From a virus, in IMG/VR virus record IMGVR_UViG_3300000651_000003, positions 1 through 64,000 of that record: DNA of 64,000 bases; one strand, given 5' to 3'. The translations under genes and the position numbers were made by a program. Of this stretch, positions 11,293 to 22,551 are shown one piece after another. The notes beneath the pieces are model-generated. The model searched no databases, was not told the DNA's origin, and saw nothing but the letters and a program-made list of their open reading frames with translations. The number at the start of each line of letters is the position of its first letter. Position 1 is the first letter of the stretch.

Positions 11293-11411
11293 TTTGAGTA
11301 TCTTGAGAAGGCCTGATGCGGTGCTGGGAATCAACGCATTTGGGCTAATGAGAGGGTCAGAGTTTCTTATTTACCAGTCTGAACTCTGGCCCCTCTCCCG
11401 GGTCCCCTGAG

Positions 11412-12051
11412 ATGCATTGTGATTCGATTTACTCACAGGTCGTAACCCACACCGAAGCTCGGGAAGTGCTGAGTGTCTGGCACCGACCCATTGACCCTGT
11501 GTCTCCTCTGCTAGTCGAGTTTGCTAGTACCGTATACTCAGACTCCTGTGACGAAGCTTTCCTGAAATTCATTAGTTTCACCAAGTCGTGTGATTGTTGG
11601 AGATGCAGCCAGCTTAACAGCAGAGCAGAGCTGACTCCTATCGACTGGTACCACACATTCATCTTATTCGCTGCCTATGGCCCCTGCTCCTTAACCATTA
11701 CAAACTAACATGACAACATTTAACGTAGAATACTGGATGATTGCGTCGCAAGGTTTCGACATAATTCAGGAACCGGCAGTGGCTACTCCTGACAACCCAG
11801 AAGCCCGGGGCGGACAGAGCTTGAGACCTTTTGTCAGGAACGAAGTAATTGCTGAACACCCGGCATTACATGCCCTGAGATTCTCTAGTCAAAACTCGGG
11901 AATAGTTGACTACGCAATCATCTGGGCGACACCAATTACAAAACAAATGTTTGAGCATGTCATGGGGCCTGAGAGGCTGGAGAAGTTTCGCGAGCGGCAA
12001 GCGCTCAATCAAAAGGTCGTCAACATAGCTGAAGGACGCAACGGTGGCTGA
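11412..12051 (+). CDS. Two hypothetical proteins (11412-11708, 11710-12051)
   Basis: Abutting ORFs at the start of the rightward block. Confidence 0.55.
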
Positions 12052-12418
12052 CGTAATCACCCAGCTGGAATTCAGTTCGCCCATCAAAACTGTGTCGGAA
12101 GCCAACCGCCCCGGCAGAGAGTCGTGGAGGACTCAGTGGGAACGGAAAAAAGACCAAAAGGCTTCGATGCATTATGATCTTTGTAACGCACTGAGAGGTC
12201 GGCAGGTCAAACTACCATGCACAGTAACTTTAGTACGAGTAGGACCGAAGCTAATGGACGACGACAATCTGGCCCGAGCTTTTAAGGCCATCAGGGATTC
12301 AATTGCAAACAAGTTGGGAGTAGATGATGGTGAGACCGACAAAATCCGTTTCAGGTATGACCAGATAGCGATAGGTAAGCACAAATACTTAGTCAAGGTA
12401 AACATTCAATCAGATTAA
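12044..12418 (+). CDS. RusA-like Holliday junction resolvase
   Basis: VTLVRVGPKLMDDDNLARAFKAIRD..LGVDD acidic motif. Confidence 0.7.
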   Translation: MADVITQLEFSSPIKTVSEANRPGRESWRTQWERKKDQKASMHYDLCNALRGRQVKLPCTVTLVRVGPKLMDDDNLARAFKAIRDSIANKLGVDDGETDKIRFRYDQIAIGKHKYLVKVNIQSD

Positions 12419-13178
12419 ATGGAAGAATTGCTAAAAGAAATAGGAGTGTTAGTAGACTGCGAAGCTAGGTTCCAACTTCCCTGCCTGCCAGTCATCGTCA
12501 AACTAATCAGCCACCACCTAACCATGCCGAAAGAAGTTGAGCAAGCACCGGTAACGAAACATAAAAAGTTTGTCTGGCCCGGCAATGGCATCGTTGACTT
12601 CCGCAAGTACTGGCAGGAAGTTGACAAACAACAGCAGGCCCAATGAGCCACTTGGAAGAGATAAAAAATCTTCTGACAGCAATCGAATTGTTGTGTGAGC
12701 TTAAAAGTATTGTGATTGCAGAAGTCGAGAAGGCGGGTCACTGCTACAACGTAGATTTTGATGCCATCGAGGATTTGTCGGGGGCCATATTGCACTGCAA
12801 AGCTCAGATAAATTACCACCAAACGGAAATCTATTTCGGCAGATGAGCAGATTCCTTAACTCAGCTCAGGTACACGGCAAGGCGTTTGTCGTCTTGATGA
12901 GGATGGCCCAAGGTGATTGTCTAATTGAGTATGTGCAGAGAAAATTCCTACACACATCAGAGCCAAATCAAAGAACTACGCTTGAGGTACATTCGAGCAC
13001 TATCTGCTCGTTGATGTTAAAGGGTTTGATCTTCCCAACTACATTCGACTTTGAAAATGGCCGGCGCCACTATGACATCACTGACGAAGGTCGGTCTGTG
13101 GTTAGATTGATGAGGTACCGCTCCCGAGAGTCTGATGGTACTGACTACTACTGTGGCCGGCAGGTAAATCCAAGATGA
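12419..13178 (+). CDS. Three small hypothetical proteins (12419-12646, 12643-12846, 12843-13178; the last is winged-helix-like)
   Basis: ATGA-coupled ORFs; L..KGLI...Y.IT..GR in the last one. Confidence 0.55.
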
Positions 13179-13954
13179 AGATAACAGGTTACGTAACAAT
13201 TGTAGATTTCTCTCATCTCATTCACCTATGCCATGCAACTGCCCTGTACGAAGAAGGAGATGTGACCAAAATCACAATCGACAGGGTTGTAGGAAAGCTC
13301 ACCACTGTAAAACGCGAATTGAATAAACTTAATATCAGAGGGTATGACCTCGTATTCGTTGAGGACCGCCCTGCAGTTAGGAAGCTCAACCTACTACCAA
13401 CATATCGCAATAAACGCGGTGGCCTCGAGGATCAGAAAAAAGCAGTCAAAGAATACCTGTTGCAGAACGGTAAGAAAAGCCGCTTCTGTTTTAGTGAAGG
13501 TAATGAAGCCGATGATGTAATTTCGACTATTTGCAGATTAGTACTGGAGCGAGACGGCCTGCACGCGATCGTGGTTACATCAGACAAAGACTTGTGGCAA
13601 CTCTTAGGCTCCAGAGTTTCAATCTTCAATCCCATCAAAAAAGAAATGGTGACGCCCGAGCTGGTAGAAAAACAGTTCAGGTGTGGCCCAACCCACATCC
13701 CGTTAGTCAAAGCCCTCTGGGGAGACTACGGTGACAGCGTGCCGAATGTAGTTCCGCGAACCCAGAAGCATTTGCTACCAGCCGTGCTTCAGAGCGATGG
13801 TTCGCTTTCCTCGTTCTTCCGTACGATAGATGATGAATATCGCTGGTACTTAAAGCCGGAAGTATTCAATGTGCTCGTGGAGAAGAAGCCTGACATCGAC
13901 ATTAACTACCAACTGGTTAAGCTTGATGAAAGGTGCGAACTGGTGTGGGAATAG
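13175..13954 (+). CDS. 5'-3' exonuclease (FEN/PolI N-terminal-like)
   Basis: IVD, YRNKR, EADDVI, TSDKDLWQL, GDYGDSVP motifs. Confidence 0.9.
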   Translation: MKITGYVTIVDFSHLIHLCHATALYEEGDVTKITIDRVVGKLTTVKRELNKLNIRGYDLVFVEDRPAVRKLNLLPTYRNKRGGLEDQKKAVKEYLLQNGKKSRFCFSEGNEADDVISTICRLVLERDGLHAIVVTSDKDLWQLLGSRVSIFNPIKKEMVTPELVEKQFRCGPTHIPLVKALWGDYGDSVPNVVPRTQKHLLPAVLQSDGSLSSFFRTIDDEYRWYLKPEVFNVLVEKKPDIDINYQLVKLDERCELVWE

Positions 13955-14034
13955 GTAAACCATTTGCTCGAAATAAAAGCTCGTAGAACCATAGAGATAT
14001 ACTAACCTCGAGAATACTGTCCCTAGAGGTATGC

Positions 14035-15018
14035 TTGATGACTAGTCGTTTGGCCTTAGTACAAAAAGAAGAGCCGCCAGAGTCGACCGCGTTAACTCCT
14101 CACGTCGGCAATGGGTTTCTTTCCAACACAGAAAAGCTTCATGCTATTGAAACCGAGGTAATTAGAAACCTCGAGAGTCAGTCCGAGGACGAGATTCTCG
14201 AGGTCAGGCGCCGTTCTAAAATCCTCGGGAAGACAGCTTGGAAGATTGAAGTAGCCTGCGACGCCCAAATACTCAGCCGGGCTGAGAACATGCGCAAGGC
14301 CCCGGGCTGGAAAAGAACGTGGAAGGGCGACGTGGGCGGTCGAGGAGTGACTGCTGCTGTGCGCAAGCGAGCCAAGGCGCTGGGGGTCACTCCAAATACA
14401 ATATTCAAGAACGCTGCAATATTTCGTCTTATCAAATCTGTTGAAAGTGATAATCCTGATAATACTAAATCGCTGGGCATCCTCGACGAGAAAAGTTACT
14501 TCCACGCTGCATTGACAGCAGCAGATCCGAAAACAGCATTGCTGACGTTTGCAGAGGAGAAAAAGGTACGCAAACGATTTAGGGTTAGCGATGCTTACCG
14601 GTACCTTGAAAAACACTGCCTGACCAGAAAGGCTGTTACTACAAAGGTTGTACAATCCGCTCGGGCAGAGATATCGAAACTGTCAAGACGCAACCTCGAA
14701 ATACAACACGTCCTTGACTGCATATCAAAAACTCAGGCCAACATCAAGCTATGCCCGTCCTCAGAGGTTAACAGAATCCATCAAGACTACATAGACGAAT
14801 TACGCTTTTATATCGAAGGGGATCTGTTCATGGAGGATTTGGCTGTGTTGCTCAAGCGGTCAATTTCCAAGGGCAACAAAACATCAGACCAAATGAGTAA
14901 GGATGTTGGATTACCGATCGATGTTGTTGAAAGAGAAATCAGCCTGCTAGCTACGGTCAGTCACTTAGTTCGAGTGCCGGGCACAACCCCTCAAGAGTGG
15001 AGCATAAACATAAGATGA
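14035..15018 (+). CDS. Hypothetical basic protein, possibly DNA-binding
   Basis: 327-aa ORF with HTH-like segments (AKALGVTPNTI; SKDVGLPIDVV). Confidence 0.6.
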   Translation: MMTSRLALVQKEEPPESTALTPHVGNGFLSNTEKLHAIETEVIRNLESQSEDEILEVRRRSKILGKTAWKIEVACDAQILSRAENMRKAPGWKRTWKGDVGGRGVTAAVRKRAKALGVTPNTIFKNAAIFRLIKSVESDNPDNTKSLGILDEKSYFHAALTAADPKTALLTFAEEKKVRKRFRVSDAYRYLEKHCLTRKAVTTKVVQSARAEISKLSRRNLEIQHVLDCISKTQANIKLCPSSEVNRIHQDYIDELRFYIEGDLFMEDLAVLLKRSISKGNKTSDQMSKDVGLPIDVVEREISLLATVSHLVRVPGTTPQEWSINIR

Positions 15019-15686
15019 ACAAAGTCGACCGAGATAAATTTTTTTCTGGTTACAGAAGTACTTTTATCACTCTAACCCAAGAACAGGTAGATGGGTTGAA
15101 CTCGCTGCTTGACTCTCTGGAGTCTGACCAGTACGTGACTGACAACCGGTGGGCCGCCTACATGCTCGCCACTGTTAAACACGAAACCGCCAACACATTC
15201 AAACCGATTCACGAATACGGCAGCCGCCAGTATTTCATTAACAGATATGGGGGACAAACAGCTCTCGGTCACAACCAGCTTGGAAACGTTACTCCCGAAG
15301 ACGGAGCTACCTACGCCGGTGAAGGGGATGTTCAGCTCACTGGCAAAAAGAATTACGAGCATGCCGAGACTGAGTTGCGCGCTCAGTACCCAGACCAAAT
15401 ATCCGATTTTGAAAAACGGACTGGCAAAACATTCGACCTGATTGCAGGAGACCAGCCCGGAGATGAAGCCGATCCGCAGAACGCAGCCGACCCAACCATC
15501 GCATACTTAATTATGTCTGCCGGCATGAGACAAGGTTGGTTCACCGGCAAGAAGCTACCGGATTTTATACACGATGACGTATGTGATTACGTCAACGCAA
15601 GGACAATCATCAACGGGCATGATAAGGCGGACAAGATTGCTACATACGCCCATGCATTTCAGTTAATACTAAACGGTCAACCATGA
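15015..15686 (+). CDS. Endolysin, glycoside hydrolase family 19-like
   Basis: AYMLATVKHET..PIHEYG, VQLTGKKNY, GWFTGKKL, ARTIING.DKA..IA. Confidence 0.85.
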   Translation: MNKVDRDKFFSGYRSTFITLTQEQVDGLNSLLDSLESDQYVTDNRWAAYMLATVKHETANTFKPIHEYGSRQYFINRYGGQTALGHNQLGNVTPEDGATYAGEGDVQLTGKKNYEHAETELRAQYPDQISDFEKRTGKTFDLIAGDQPGDEADPQNAADPTIAYLIMSAGMRQGWFTGKKLPDFIHDDVCDYVNARTIINGHDKADKIATYAHAFQLILNGQP

Positions 15687-15705
15687 CCTTAAACAGGGAG
15701 AAGGT

Positions 15706-15891
15706 ATGAGTTTCAAACAAATTTTGGCGATTCTTGCGATTGTCGTCCATGTGGCGAACGTCGCTTTGGCTGCGGGTGCCGGAATAATCCCGGCAAAGTA
15801 CGCTGCGATTATTGCAACCGTAGTAGGGCTTGTTCAAGGGTTCCTGCCGCGTGTTCAAGGGTCTGATGCATCTGACGTAAAAACTTCGTGA
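15706..15891 (+). CDS. Holin-like small membrane protein
   Basis: 61 aa with two hydrophobic helices, directly after the endolysin. Confidence 0.6.
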   Translation: MSFKQILAILAIVVHVANVALAAGAGIIPAKYAAIIATVVGLVQGFLPRVQGSDASDVKTS

Positions 15892-15895
15892 CCTC

Positions 15896-16706
15896 ATGAT
15901 CGAAGGTGTCTTCAGGTACATCGCTCGTGTGCTGGCGGGTCTGCTTGAGAAGTTTGCAGACCCGCAGCTTCAATCTAAGCTCGACGCCTACAATACCAAG
16001 GTCGCGGCACTAGAGCAAAAAGAAAAAGATGCTGCTGATGCTGAAAAGGCCTCAGAAGCTGCTTACCAAAAGAGTCTGGCATCACGGCAGGCGTGGGAGT
16101 CGTTAATAACTGAGTCGAGCAGTAAAGAGCAAGAACTGGAGAGTCAACTCAAAGCCAGCCAAGACCGAGTCAAGGAGTTACAGGATGCTGTGGACAAAGC
16201 TAAGCTTGATATTGATCACCTGTCTGACCATGATGCTATTCGCGGTGACGTGTAATGCTCAGGAAGTAAAGCTTGTTGAGAAGCTTGCAGACGGGTCGTA
16301 TGTAGTGTCGATAGCAGGAGTTGAGTACCGAGCGCTCGCAGCAGACCGCATGCGCACCGTTGAGAAAAACGAAGTAGAGCTGACTGCTCTGAGAACCGTA
16401 ACATCAGAACAACAAAAACAAATTCAAGCACAAGACCAATTGCTCTCCCTTGCCGGCGAGCGTAACGACCTTCAAAAGAAAATCTCTGACAGCCTTCAAA
16501 CCGATTTAGATAGAACCAGAGCCGACTCTGCACGCTGGCAGAATCTCTTCACCTCAGAAAGAGAATTACGACAGGAGTCCCAGCAGTTCATACCACATGG
16601 CTCCACCACAAAATGGGACAAGCTTCTCGGGTTGTTCGATAGTCAAGGATTCCAATTTACCCTTAAAGCAGCTATACCAGTTTGGACAGCAGTGAGGTGC
16701 AAATAA
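15896..16706 (+). CDS. Overlapping spanin-like pair (15896-16255 coiled coil; 16185-16706 signal peptide plus coiled coil)
   Basis: Overlap in different frames within the lysis cassette; N-terminal hydrophobic segments. Confidence 0.5.
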
Positions 16707-16751
16707 ATCTGCCGACCCTGATTCACCGACACGGGGGACGACAAAAAAAAA

Positions 16752-17751
16752 ATGAAAGAATTCTTTAAACGCCAGTTCGTAGTGCCTTTCGAGGTCACCT
16801 TTGGAATTTACAGTGTGTACGGCGGCCTCATGGGTATAGTAGGGTTCGGTCAAGTGAACACTTTCGTTAGACAGGAATTCGGAGATACGCTAACTACTAT
16901 ATGTAATGCTTTATATGTTGTAGCCGGGCTTGCAATATTTTTCGGGATAGGATTGAACAAACGAAACATTGAGGCTTCTGGTTTGGTATTACTCATAGCA
17001 TCATTAGTAGTAAGAGCTATTGCTCTGGAGAAGCTTATTGATTGGTGGACTCCTCAGATGCCAGCACTAATCGGGAATTATGTATATTCAGCAATTTTCA
17101 TTGTCGCATGTATTCTGAGAGTGAGGTTTTTGTTTCTAATAAGAACGCTAGTAGTTTCAGAATCGGTTGCGGCCCCCAAATAGGATGGACTTACTAACTG
17201 TAACAATCACCCTTGCAGGCGGTGGAGGAGTTCTGGGCGGGTTGTATGCACTTCTAAAGTTAAGACCAGAAGCCGGACAGATAACAGTCTCTGCCGCTCA
17301 GGGAGCTATCATAGTTCAAACTGGAGTCATTGAAAATCTACAGAAAGAGATTACAAGGCTCTCTCAGCATCACACCGAACTGGAAATGGAAAATACCGCT
17401 CAGCAAAGATCAATTGATGAGTCACAGGCTACTGTGGCTAGGCTGAGACTGACTGTAGAATTTTTACAACGAGACCTAGATCGCCACGGTCGCATGTCCG
17501 AGTTAGCTCGACGTCGGTCTCACATACTAGCCAAGGCATTTTCTAGTTTAGAGTTGAAGGTGGACGGGCTAATAGATGAAATGAACAGACACAACGTTCC
17601 TGTTCCACCGGAGTACCAGCCAGCAAAACTAAGGGCAGAAGTACGCGAGCAGTTAGATGAGGTTGCAGAACTGGAAAGACAAGTGACATACGACGCTGTT
17701 TTAGTTAAGGCTCCCGGAAACCCAGATACCGAAGGAGATGAAACTGTTTGA
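16752..17751 (+). CDS. Four-TM membrane protein (16752-17183) and membrane-anchored coiled-coil protein (~17184-17751)
   Basis: Hydrophobicity pattern and lysis-region context. Confidence 0.6.
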
Positions 17752-17973
17752 TGTACCATCGGGACATCGAGTGAGAATTCACTCCAACAAAATCACGTTT
17801 AAGGAACGTGGTTCATCGACAGTCATTGGAGAAGACATTACGTGGGAAGGCACGACCACAGAGCGTTACAGATTCGCTTGGGGAACCCTGCGCAGAATGA
17901 TAGTCAACCCTAACGCGAACTTTAACAGAGCAATGGCTGTGTGGGCCAGAAATCACGACTGCGAGGTACTTGA

Positions 17974-18813
17974 TTGAGCGACCTAGTTAAAAAACCGAAG
18001 GCATGGGAGCGACAAGTCCAGCTTGGTGAGTCTCAGAAAGCCCACGAACTTTTCCTCGAGTATCACGCTCTAGGTCTTGACCGCAGTGTACCCAAACTCG
18101 CAGAAAAGACTGGCAAGCCGGCAGAATCGCTATCCGCTCTGAGCTTCAAATTCAAGTGGGTTCCACGAGCTATCAAGTATGATCAATACCTGATAGAAAT
18201 CCGTCAGCGAGCAATCGAAAATCAAACCAAGACCGAAGCTATCCTCTGGGCCGAGAGGGAAGCCCAATACCGACATGAAGCATATAGCTTTTCTGAGAAA
18301 CTCTGGGCGCGAGCGCAAGAGATGCTCGACTCGCCATTGTACGAAGAAAAGGTTGAGAAGAAACAGAAAGTCGAAGTGGGTGGCGAGGTAGTGGAAGTCA
18401 ACACTGTAGTGATTCGTAAGCCTGTGCGCTGGAATATGAAGACTGCGCTGGAAACAGCGGAGCTCAGTGACAAGATGCGCCGGCTATCTCTGGGAGTGCC
18501 GACTTCTCGTTCCGAGATAAATCTAAATGTTAACCAAGACAGCATTGACGAGCGCCTCGAAAAAGCCAGAGCGGCAATGAATATGTGGATTCAAACCAGA
18601 CTCGAGGCCGCTATTGACAGGCTAGTGAATTTCAACCCAGAGATGTCGAGAGAAGACGCCAAGCAGCAATTGCTTTCAGAGCTGCCAATTTGGTTTGCTG
18701 CTGACTACAAACTGCCCTCACCAACGATGCTGTTGACTGAAGGAGACGATGAACCTGAAGCGAGTGAACCCCCTGTAGAACCACTACAACTGGAAGAGGA
18801 GGTCGTGCACTGA
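17974..18813 (+). CDS. Putative terminase small subunit
   Basis: WERQ..GES.KA...F..Y..LG.DRS...W..RA..YD pattern, upstream of the large subunit. Confidence 0.6.
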   Translation: MSDLVKKPKAWERQVQLGESQKAHELFLEYHALGLDRSVPKLAEKTGKPAESLSALSFKFKWVPRAIKYDQYLIEIRQRAIENQTKTEAILWAEREAQYRHEAYSFSEKLWARAQEMLDSPLYEEKVEKKQKVEVGGEVVEVNTVVIRKPVRWNMKTALETAELSDKMRRLSLGVPTSRSEINLNVNQDSIDERLEKARAAMNMWIQTRLEAAIDRLVNFNPEMSREDAKQQLLSELPIWFAADYKLPSPTMLLTEGDDEPEASEPPVEPLQLEEEVVH

Positions 18814-19173
18814 TGGTTATCTCACTGCTTGTTACTACCGTGGGAATTCTCTTGTGGGTATTTGCGTCCGGCAAACCTCAGGAGGCTGGGTACGTGATTT
18901 TTGCGGTAGGACTTTTCTACCTCGTAGGTTTATTGGCAGGTACCAACTGGTCTGGCCTGCTGCCGAAGAAAGGACAATAACAATGGACTGGGATAAGTTC
19001 AGAAAATTACAGGAACAGCACTTGGCTGAAGCTCGCACGATGATCTACGCTCTGGAGAGATTCTTTGCTCCTCCTGCTGGCCCTCGGGCATCAGCCCGAC
19101 TTGTGCATGGATTGAGAAATGAGGTTGAACGAACCGAGTCCATTCTGGCTTTGATGAAATAGGAGGAAAAAAA

Positions 19174-19833
19174 ATGCCTTACGGAATCAAGCCCTCTGGA
19201 GACAAATTCGTTGTCTACAACACTGACACTGGCAAACCAGTCCCGGGTGGTGAACATGCTACCCGGGCCGATGCTCTGGCACATCAACGAGCCTTAATGG
19301 TGAATGTCAAAGACGCATTGAAAAATTCAGAAGTCACATTCTTTGATAAGAAGGGAAATCCCTGTGACCCTGTCAAAGCTTTCTCAGTTCGAGTAGAGCA
19401 GAATGGAATTGTAGCTTACTCCGGTCCATTGTACTTCGGCGGCCCCGGTAGCGGCAGGCACCCAGAAGGCGGAAGTAAATCAAACCTTCACGATCAAGCA
19501 TCTAGAGCTCACGGCAAAGCAGAAGCAGCCAATTTGAAAGCACATCAATCAGGTAGGTCGAATACGTCTCCTGAAGCTCAGCACGACAGGTTAGCAGCAG
19601 TAAGCTCCTCTAAGAATGCCTTAGAGGCTTCGAAAGCTACTGGAGATCAGCATCTAATCGGAAGAGCGCAAAATGCATTGGACAGCGCGCAAAAAGGAAA
19701 TTTCTACACAGCATCAAACCAGCATGGAGATTCAAGATCGATGCATAGTTCTGCAGCCACCACTAGTAGGCTAGGCGGTCCGGGGCCAGCACGAGGCGAG
19801 CCTATGTACAACTTGGGAAGACGAGTCAAGTGA
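19174..19833 (+). CDS. Head-region protein carrying the FGGPGSG tag
   Basis: N-terminal MPY.I..SGDKFVV...G.H.T..DAL...RAL motif; FGGPGSGRHPEGG at 19435; His/Ala-rich helical tail. Confidence 0.75.
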   Translation: MPYGIKPSGDKFVVYNTDTGKPVPGGEHATRADALAHQRALMVNVKDALKNSEVTFFDKKGNPCDPVKAFSVRVEQNGIVAYSGPLYFGGPGSGRHPEGGSKSNLHDQASRAHGKAEAANLKAHQSGRSNTSPEAQHDRLAAVSSSKNALEASKATGDQHLIGRAQNALDSAQKGNFYTASNQHGDSRSMHSSAATTSRLGGPGPARGEPMYNLGRRVK

Positions 19834-21380
19834 ACCCAGACCTTTCCATAATCCGCGAGTCGGTCAGCGTGTACAATCAAAACGCGCAGGCTGGCGCAGC
19901 CGCGGAACCGAGTCATGGTAACTCGAGGTGGGAACCGAATCCCGGTCCTCAAACTGACGCACTGTTGAGTGAAGCAGATGAGCTATTGTATGGAGGAGCC
20001 GCAGGCGGCGGTAAAAGTGATTTGTTGCTTGGGATACCCGGCATCTCCCATCTGCGTTCCATCATATTTCGACGAGTCTTCCCAGAGCTACGAGGTCTAA
20101 TCGACAGGTCGAGAGAAATCTACAACTTCAGAGGAGACAGCCACGCAAAGGATAGCTACAATGAGCAGCTGCATACATGGCGACTACACGACGGCCGCGT
20201 GATTGAGTTTGGAGCATTGCAGTACGAAAAAGATAAGGAGTCCTACCGCGGCAGACCGCATGACTTCTACGGTTGGGATGAATTGACAGAGTTCACTGAA
20301 TCCCAGTACAGATTTGTCAACGCTTGGAACCGCACAACCAGACCGGGCCAGCGATGCAGAATCATAGCAACCGCAAACCCACCACACACTGACGAGGGCC
20401 GTTGGATAATCGGGTATTGGGGGCCGTGGATTGATGACAAACACCCAAACCCAGCCAAGCCCGGGGAGCTCAGATGGTTTGCTGTCATTGACGGAGAAGA
20501 TGTAGAAGTTGGTGGTCCTCAACCCATCACGCACAAGGGTGAAGTAGTAATACCAAGAAGTCGAACTTTCATCCCCGCGCTGTTGGCGGATAACCCGTAC
20601 CTGATGCGCACCAACTACGGCGCAGTGCTGCAAGGCCTGCCAGAGCCGCTACGCAGCCAGATGCTTCTAGGAGATTTCAAGGCTGGCATCACTGATGACC
20701 AATGGCAGGTAATTCCGACTGCTTGGGTAGACGCCGCGATTGAAAGAGGCAGGCAGAACCGGCTGCCACCCGGGCCGATGACTGCGCTGGGAGTAGACCC
20801 GTCTAGAGGTGGTCGCGACCAATTCATCATAGCACCAAGATTCGACAACTGGTTTGCTCCGCTTATTAAGTACAAAGGAGTACAAGTTCCTGACGGCCCT
20901 ACGGGTGCAAGGTTAGTGGTTGAAGCTCATCAAGGAAATGCTGTCATCAATGTTGACGTAATCGGGCTGGGTTCATCGGTCTATGACTCGCTGAAAGACT
21001 TACCCGGGCTGCAAGTAGTTCCAATCAACAACTCGCAGGCATCGAAGATGCGAGATAAGACTGACAAGTACAAGCTCGTAAATGTCAGAGCAGCGTCGTA
21101 CTGGAAATTCAGAGAGGCGTTAGACCCGGAGAACGAAGTGGGGATTTGCCTGCCGGACGATAACCAGATGCGAGCTGACTTGGTCACTCCTCGATTTAAG
21201 GTTACTGCTCAGGGTATCCTTGTTGAGCCAAAGGAAGATATAATCAAGCGCCTTGGGCGGTCGCCGGACTGTGGAGATGCTGTTGTGATGGCTCACTTCA
21301 TGACTGAGTTGTACCAGCAAGAGCTACCAGCGTTTGCGTTCTTTAGCGCAGAACGCGAAAGCGTGTGGAGGGTCAAGTAA
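19830..21380 (+). CDS. terL: Terminase large subunit
   Basis: PNPGPQ, Walker A GGAAGGGKS, Walker B WDE, TANP, GVDPSRGGRD, RSPDCGDA nuclease motifs. Confidence 0.95.
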   Translation: MNPDLSIIRESVSVYNQNAQAGAAAEPSHGNSRWEPNPGPQTDALLSEADELLYGGAAGGGKSDLLLGIPGISHLRSIIFRRVFPELRGLIDRSREIYNFRGDSHAKDSYNEQLHTWRLHDGRVIEFGALQYEKDKESYRGRPHDFYGWDELTEFTESQYRFVNAWNRTTRPGQRCRIIATANPPHTDEGRWIIGYWGPWIDDKHPNPAKPGELRWFAVIDGEDVEVGGPQPITHKGEVVIPRSRTFIPALLADNPYLMRTNYGAVLQGLPEPLRSQMLLGDFKAGITDDQWQVIPTAWVDAAIERGRQNRLPPGPMTALGVDPSRGGRDQFIIAPRFDNWFAPLIKYKGVQVPDGPTGARLVVEAHQGNAVINVDVIGLGSSVYDSLKDLPGLQVVPINNSQASKMRDKTDKYKLVNVRAASYWKFREALDPENEVGICLPDDNQMRADLVTPRFKVTAQGILVEPKEDIIKRLGRSPDCGDAVVMAHFMTELYQQELPAFAFFSAERESVWRVK

Positions 21381-22198
21381 TGACGAAACAATTCGGTGGA
21401 CCGGGGTCTGGACGACACGCAGAAGCTGGTTCGAAAGAAGTAAAACCAACTGTCACTGGAGCTCAGCAGCCCAAGATAGCTCAGGTGATGAGTCCCGGAA
21501 AATACGTGGGAGCCTTTCAGACAGGAGCAGGCAAACATGAAATTCAAGATCGCACAGGTGACACTCCCAAAGTAATTGGACGTACTCACAATCCGGGTGA
21601 CCAGTTAGGTACTAGAGCTTATCTAGTCAATGCTCATCCTGAAACAGGAGCTACCATATCAACTCACATAGGAAATTACACAGGACTTAACTCAGCTATG
21701 AATGCAATAATGGCTCACACTTCATTGAGAGAAGACCCGGAGTATGTCAAAGATGTATTAGGTGGAGACAAGTTCGGTAAGATAAAGGCATCTGAGATAA
21801 CGTACCTTGACAATCGCGGTCAGCCATGCGAACCATCAAAAGCATTTACAGTAAGGGTAGAGCAAAACGGTTTTGTAGCCCACTCGTTTGGAGGACCGGG
21901 CAGCGGCAGGCATCCTGAAGGAGGAGCGAAAGAAGAGGATAAGTCTCAATCTGATAATGCAAGTAAAGCTCAAGTAGAAGCTGCAAAAGATACTGGGTGG
22001 AAGTTCGGTAACTCAGATCAAATCAAAGGACCAACGGGCATCGAAACGCGTTCGAACTTTACTGACAAGGCAGGCAACAACATCAGACTTGTGAGCGGTC
22101 CAATGGGACACTTCGCTCAGGTCAACGGCAGGCTCGCAGGAGTAGGTTGGACTCCAAGCTTGAAGCAGGCAGTTAAGAATGCCCAGAACATTTTGTGA
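21380..22198 (+). CDS. Head-region protein with two FGGPGSG tags
   Basis: Likely ATG 21380 (TAATG coupling to terL); tags at 21392 and 21887. Confidence 0.75.
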   Translation: MTKQFGGPGSGRHAEAGSKEVKPTVTGAQQPKIAQVMSPGKYVGAFQTGAGKHEIQDRTGDTPKVIGRTHNPGDQLGTRAYLVNAHPETGATISTHIGNYTGLNSAMNAIMAHTSLREDPEYVKDVLGGDKFGKIKASEITYLDNRGQPCEPSKAFTVRVEQNGFVAHSFGGPGSGRHPEGGAKEEDKSQSDNASKAQVEAAKDTGWKFGNSDQIKGPTGIETRSNFTDKAGNNIRLVSGPMGHFAQVNGRLAGVGWTPSLKQAVKNAQNIL

Positions 22199-22551
22199 GG
22201 CTGATGATGAAATATAACCGAGAGGCGAGACCTCATCTTTCTAGTCGTACAGCTCCTCTTCGTAGCGAGGGGTTGAAACAGTTTGGTGGTCCCGGCTCTG
22301 GCCGACACCCGGGTGGAGGATCTACTGAAGACAAAATCAATGCAGCCAATGCAGCCACAAAAGTAGCATACGAAGAGAACAGAGCAGGAGCTCACAGGGC
22401 CGCTGCCGACGCTCATCGAGAAGCGGCAAAGTCGATTACTGTTGGCGGTGGTTCGAAATACGACACCAGCGATTTAAACCACCATATGTCGATGGCAGAT
22501 ACTCACGACCTTGTAGCGAATCAGCTACGAGCTCATGCGATCATGAAGTAG
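22195..22551 (+). CDS. Small head-region protein with FGGPGSG tag
   Basis: KQFGGPGSGRHPGGG (F at 22282) followed by AHRAAADAHREAA; start codon uncertain. Confidence 0.7.
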   Translation: MRLMMKYNREARPHLSSRTAPLRSEGLKQFGGPGSGRHPGGGSTEDKINAANAATKVAYEENRAGAHRAAADAHREAAKSITVGGGSKYDTSDLNHHMSMADTHDLVANQLRAHAIMK

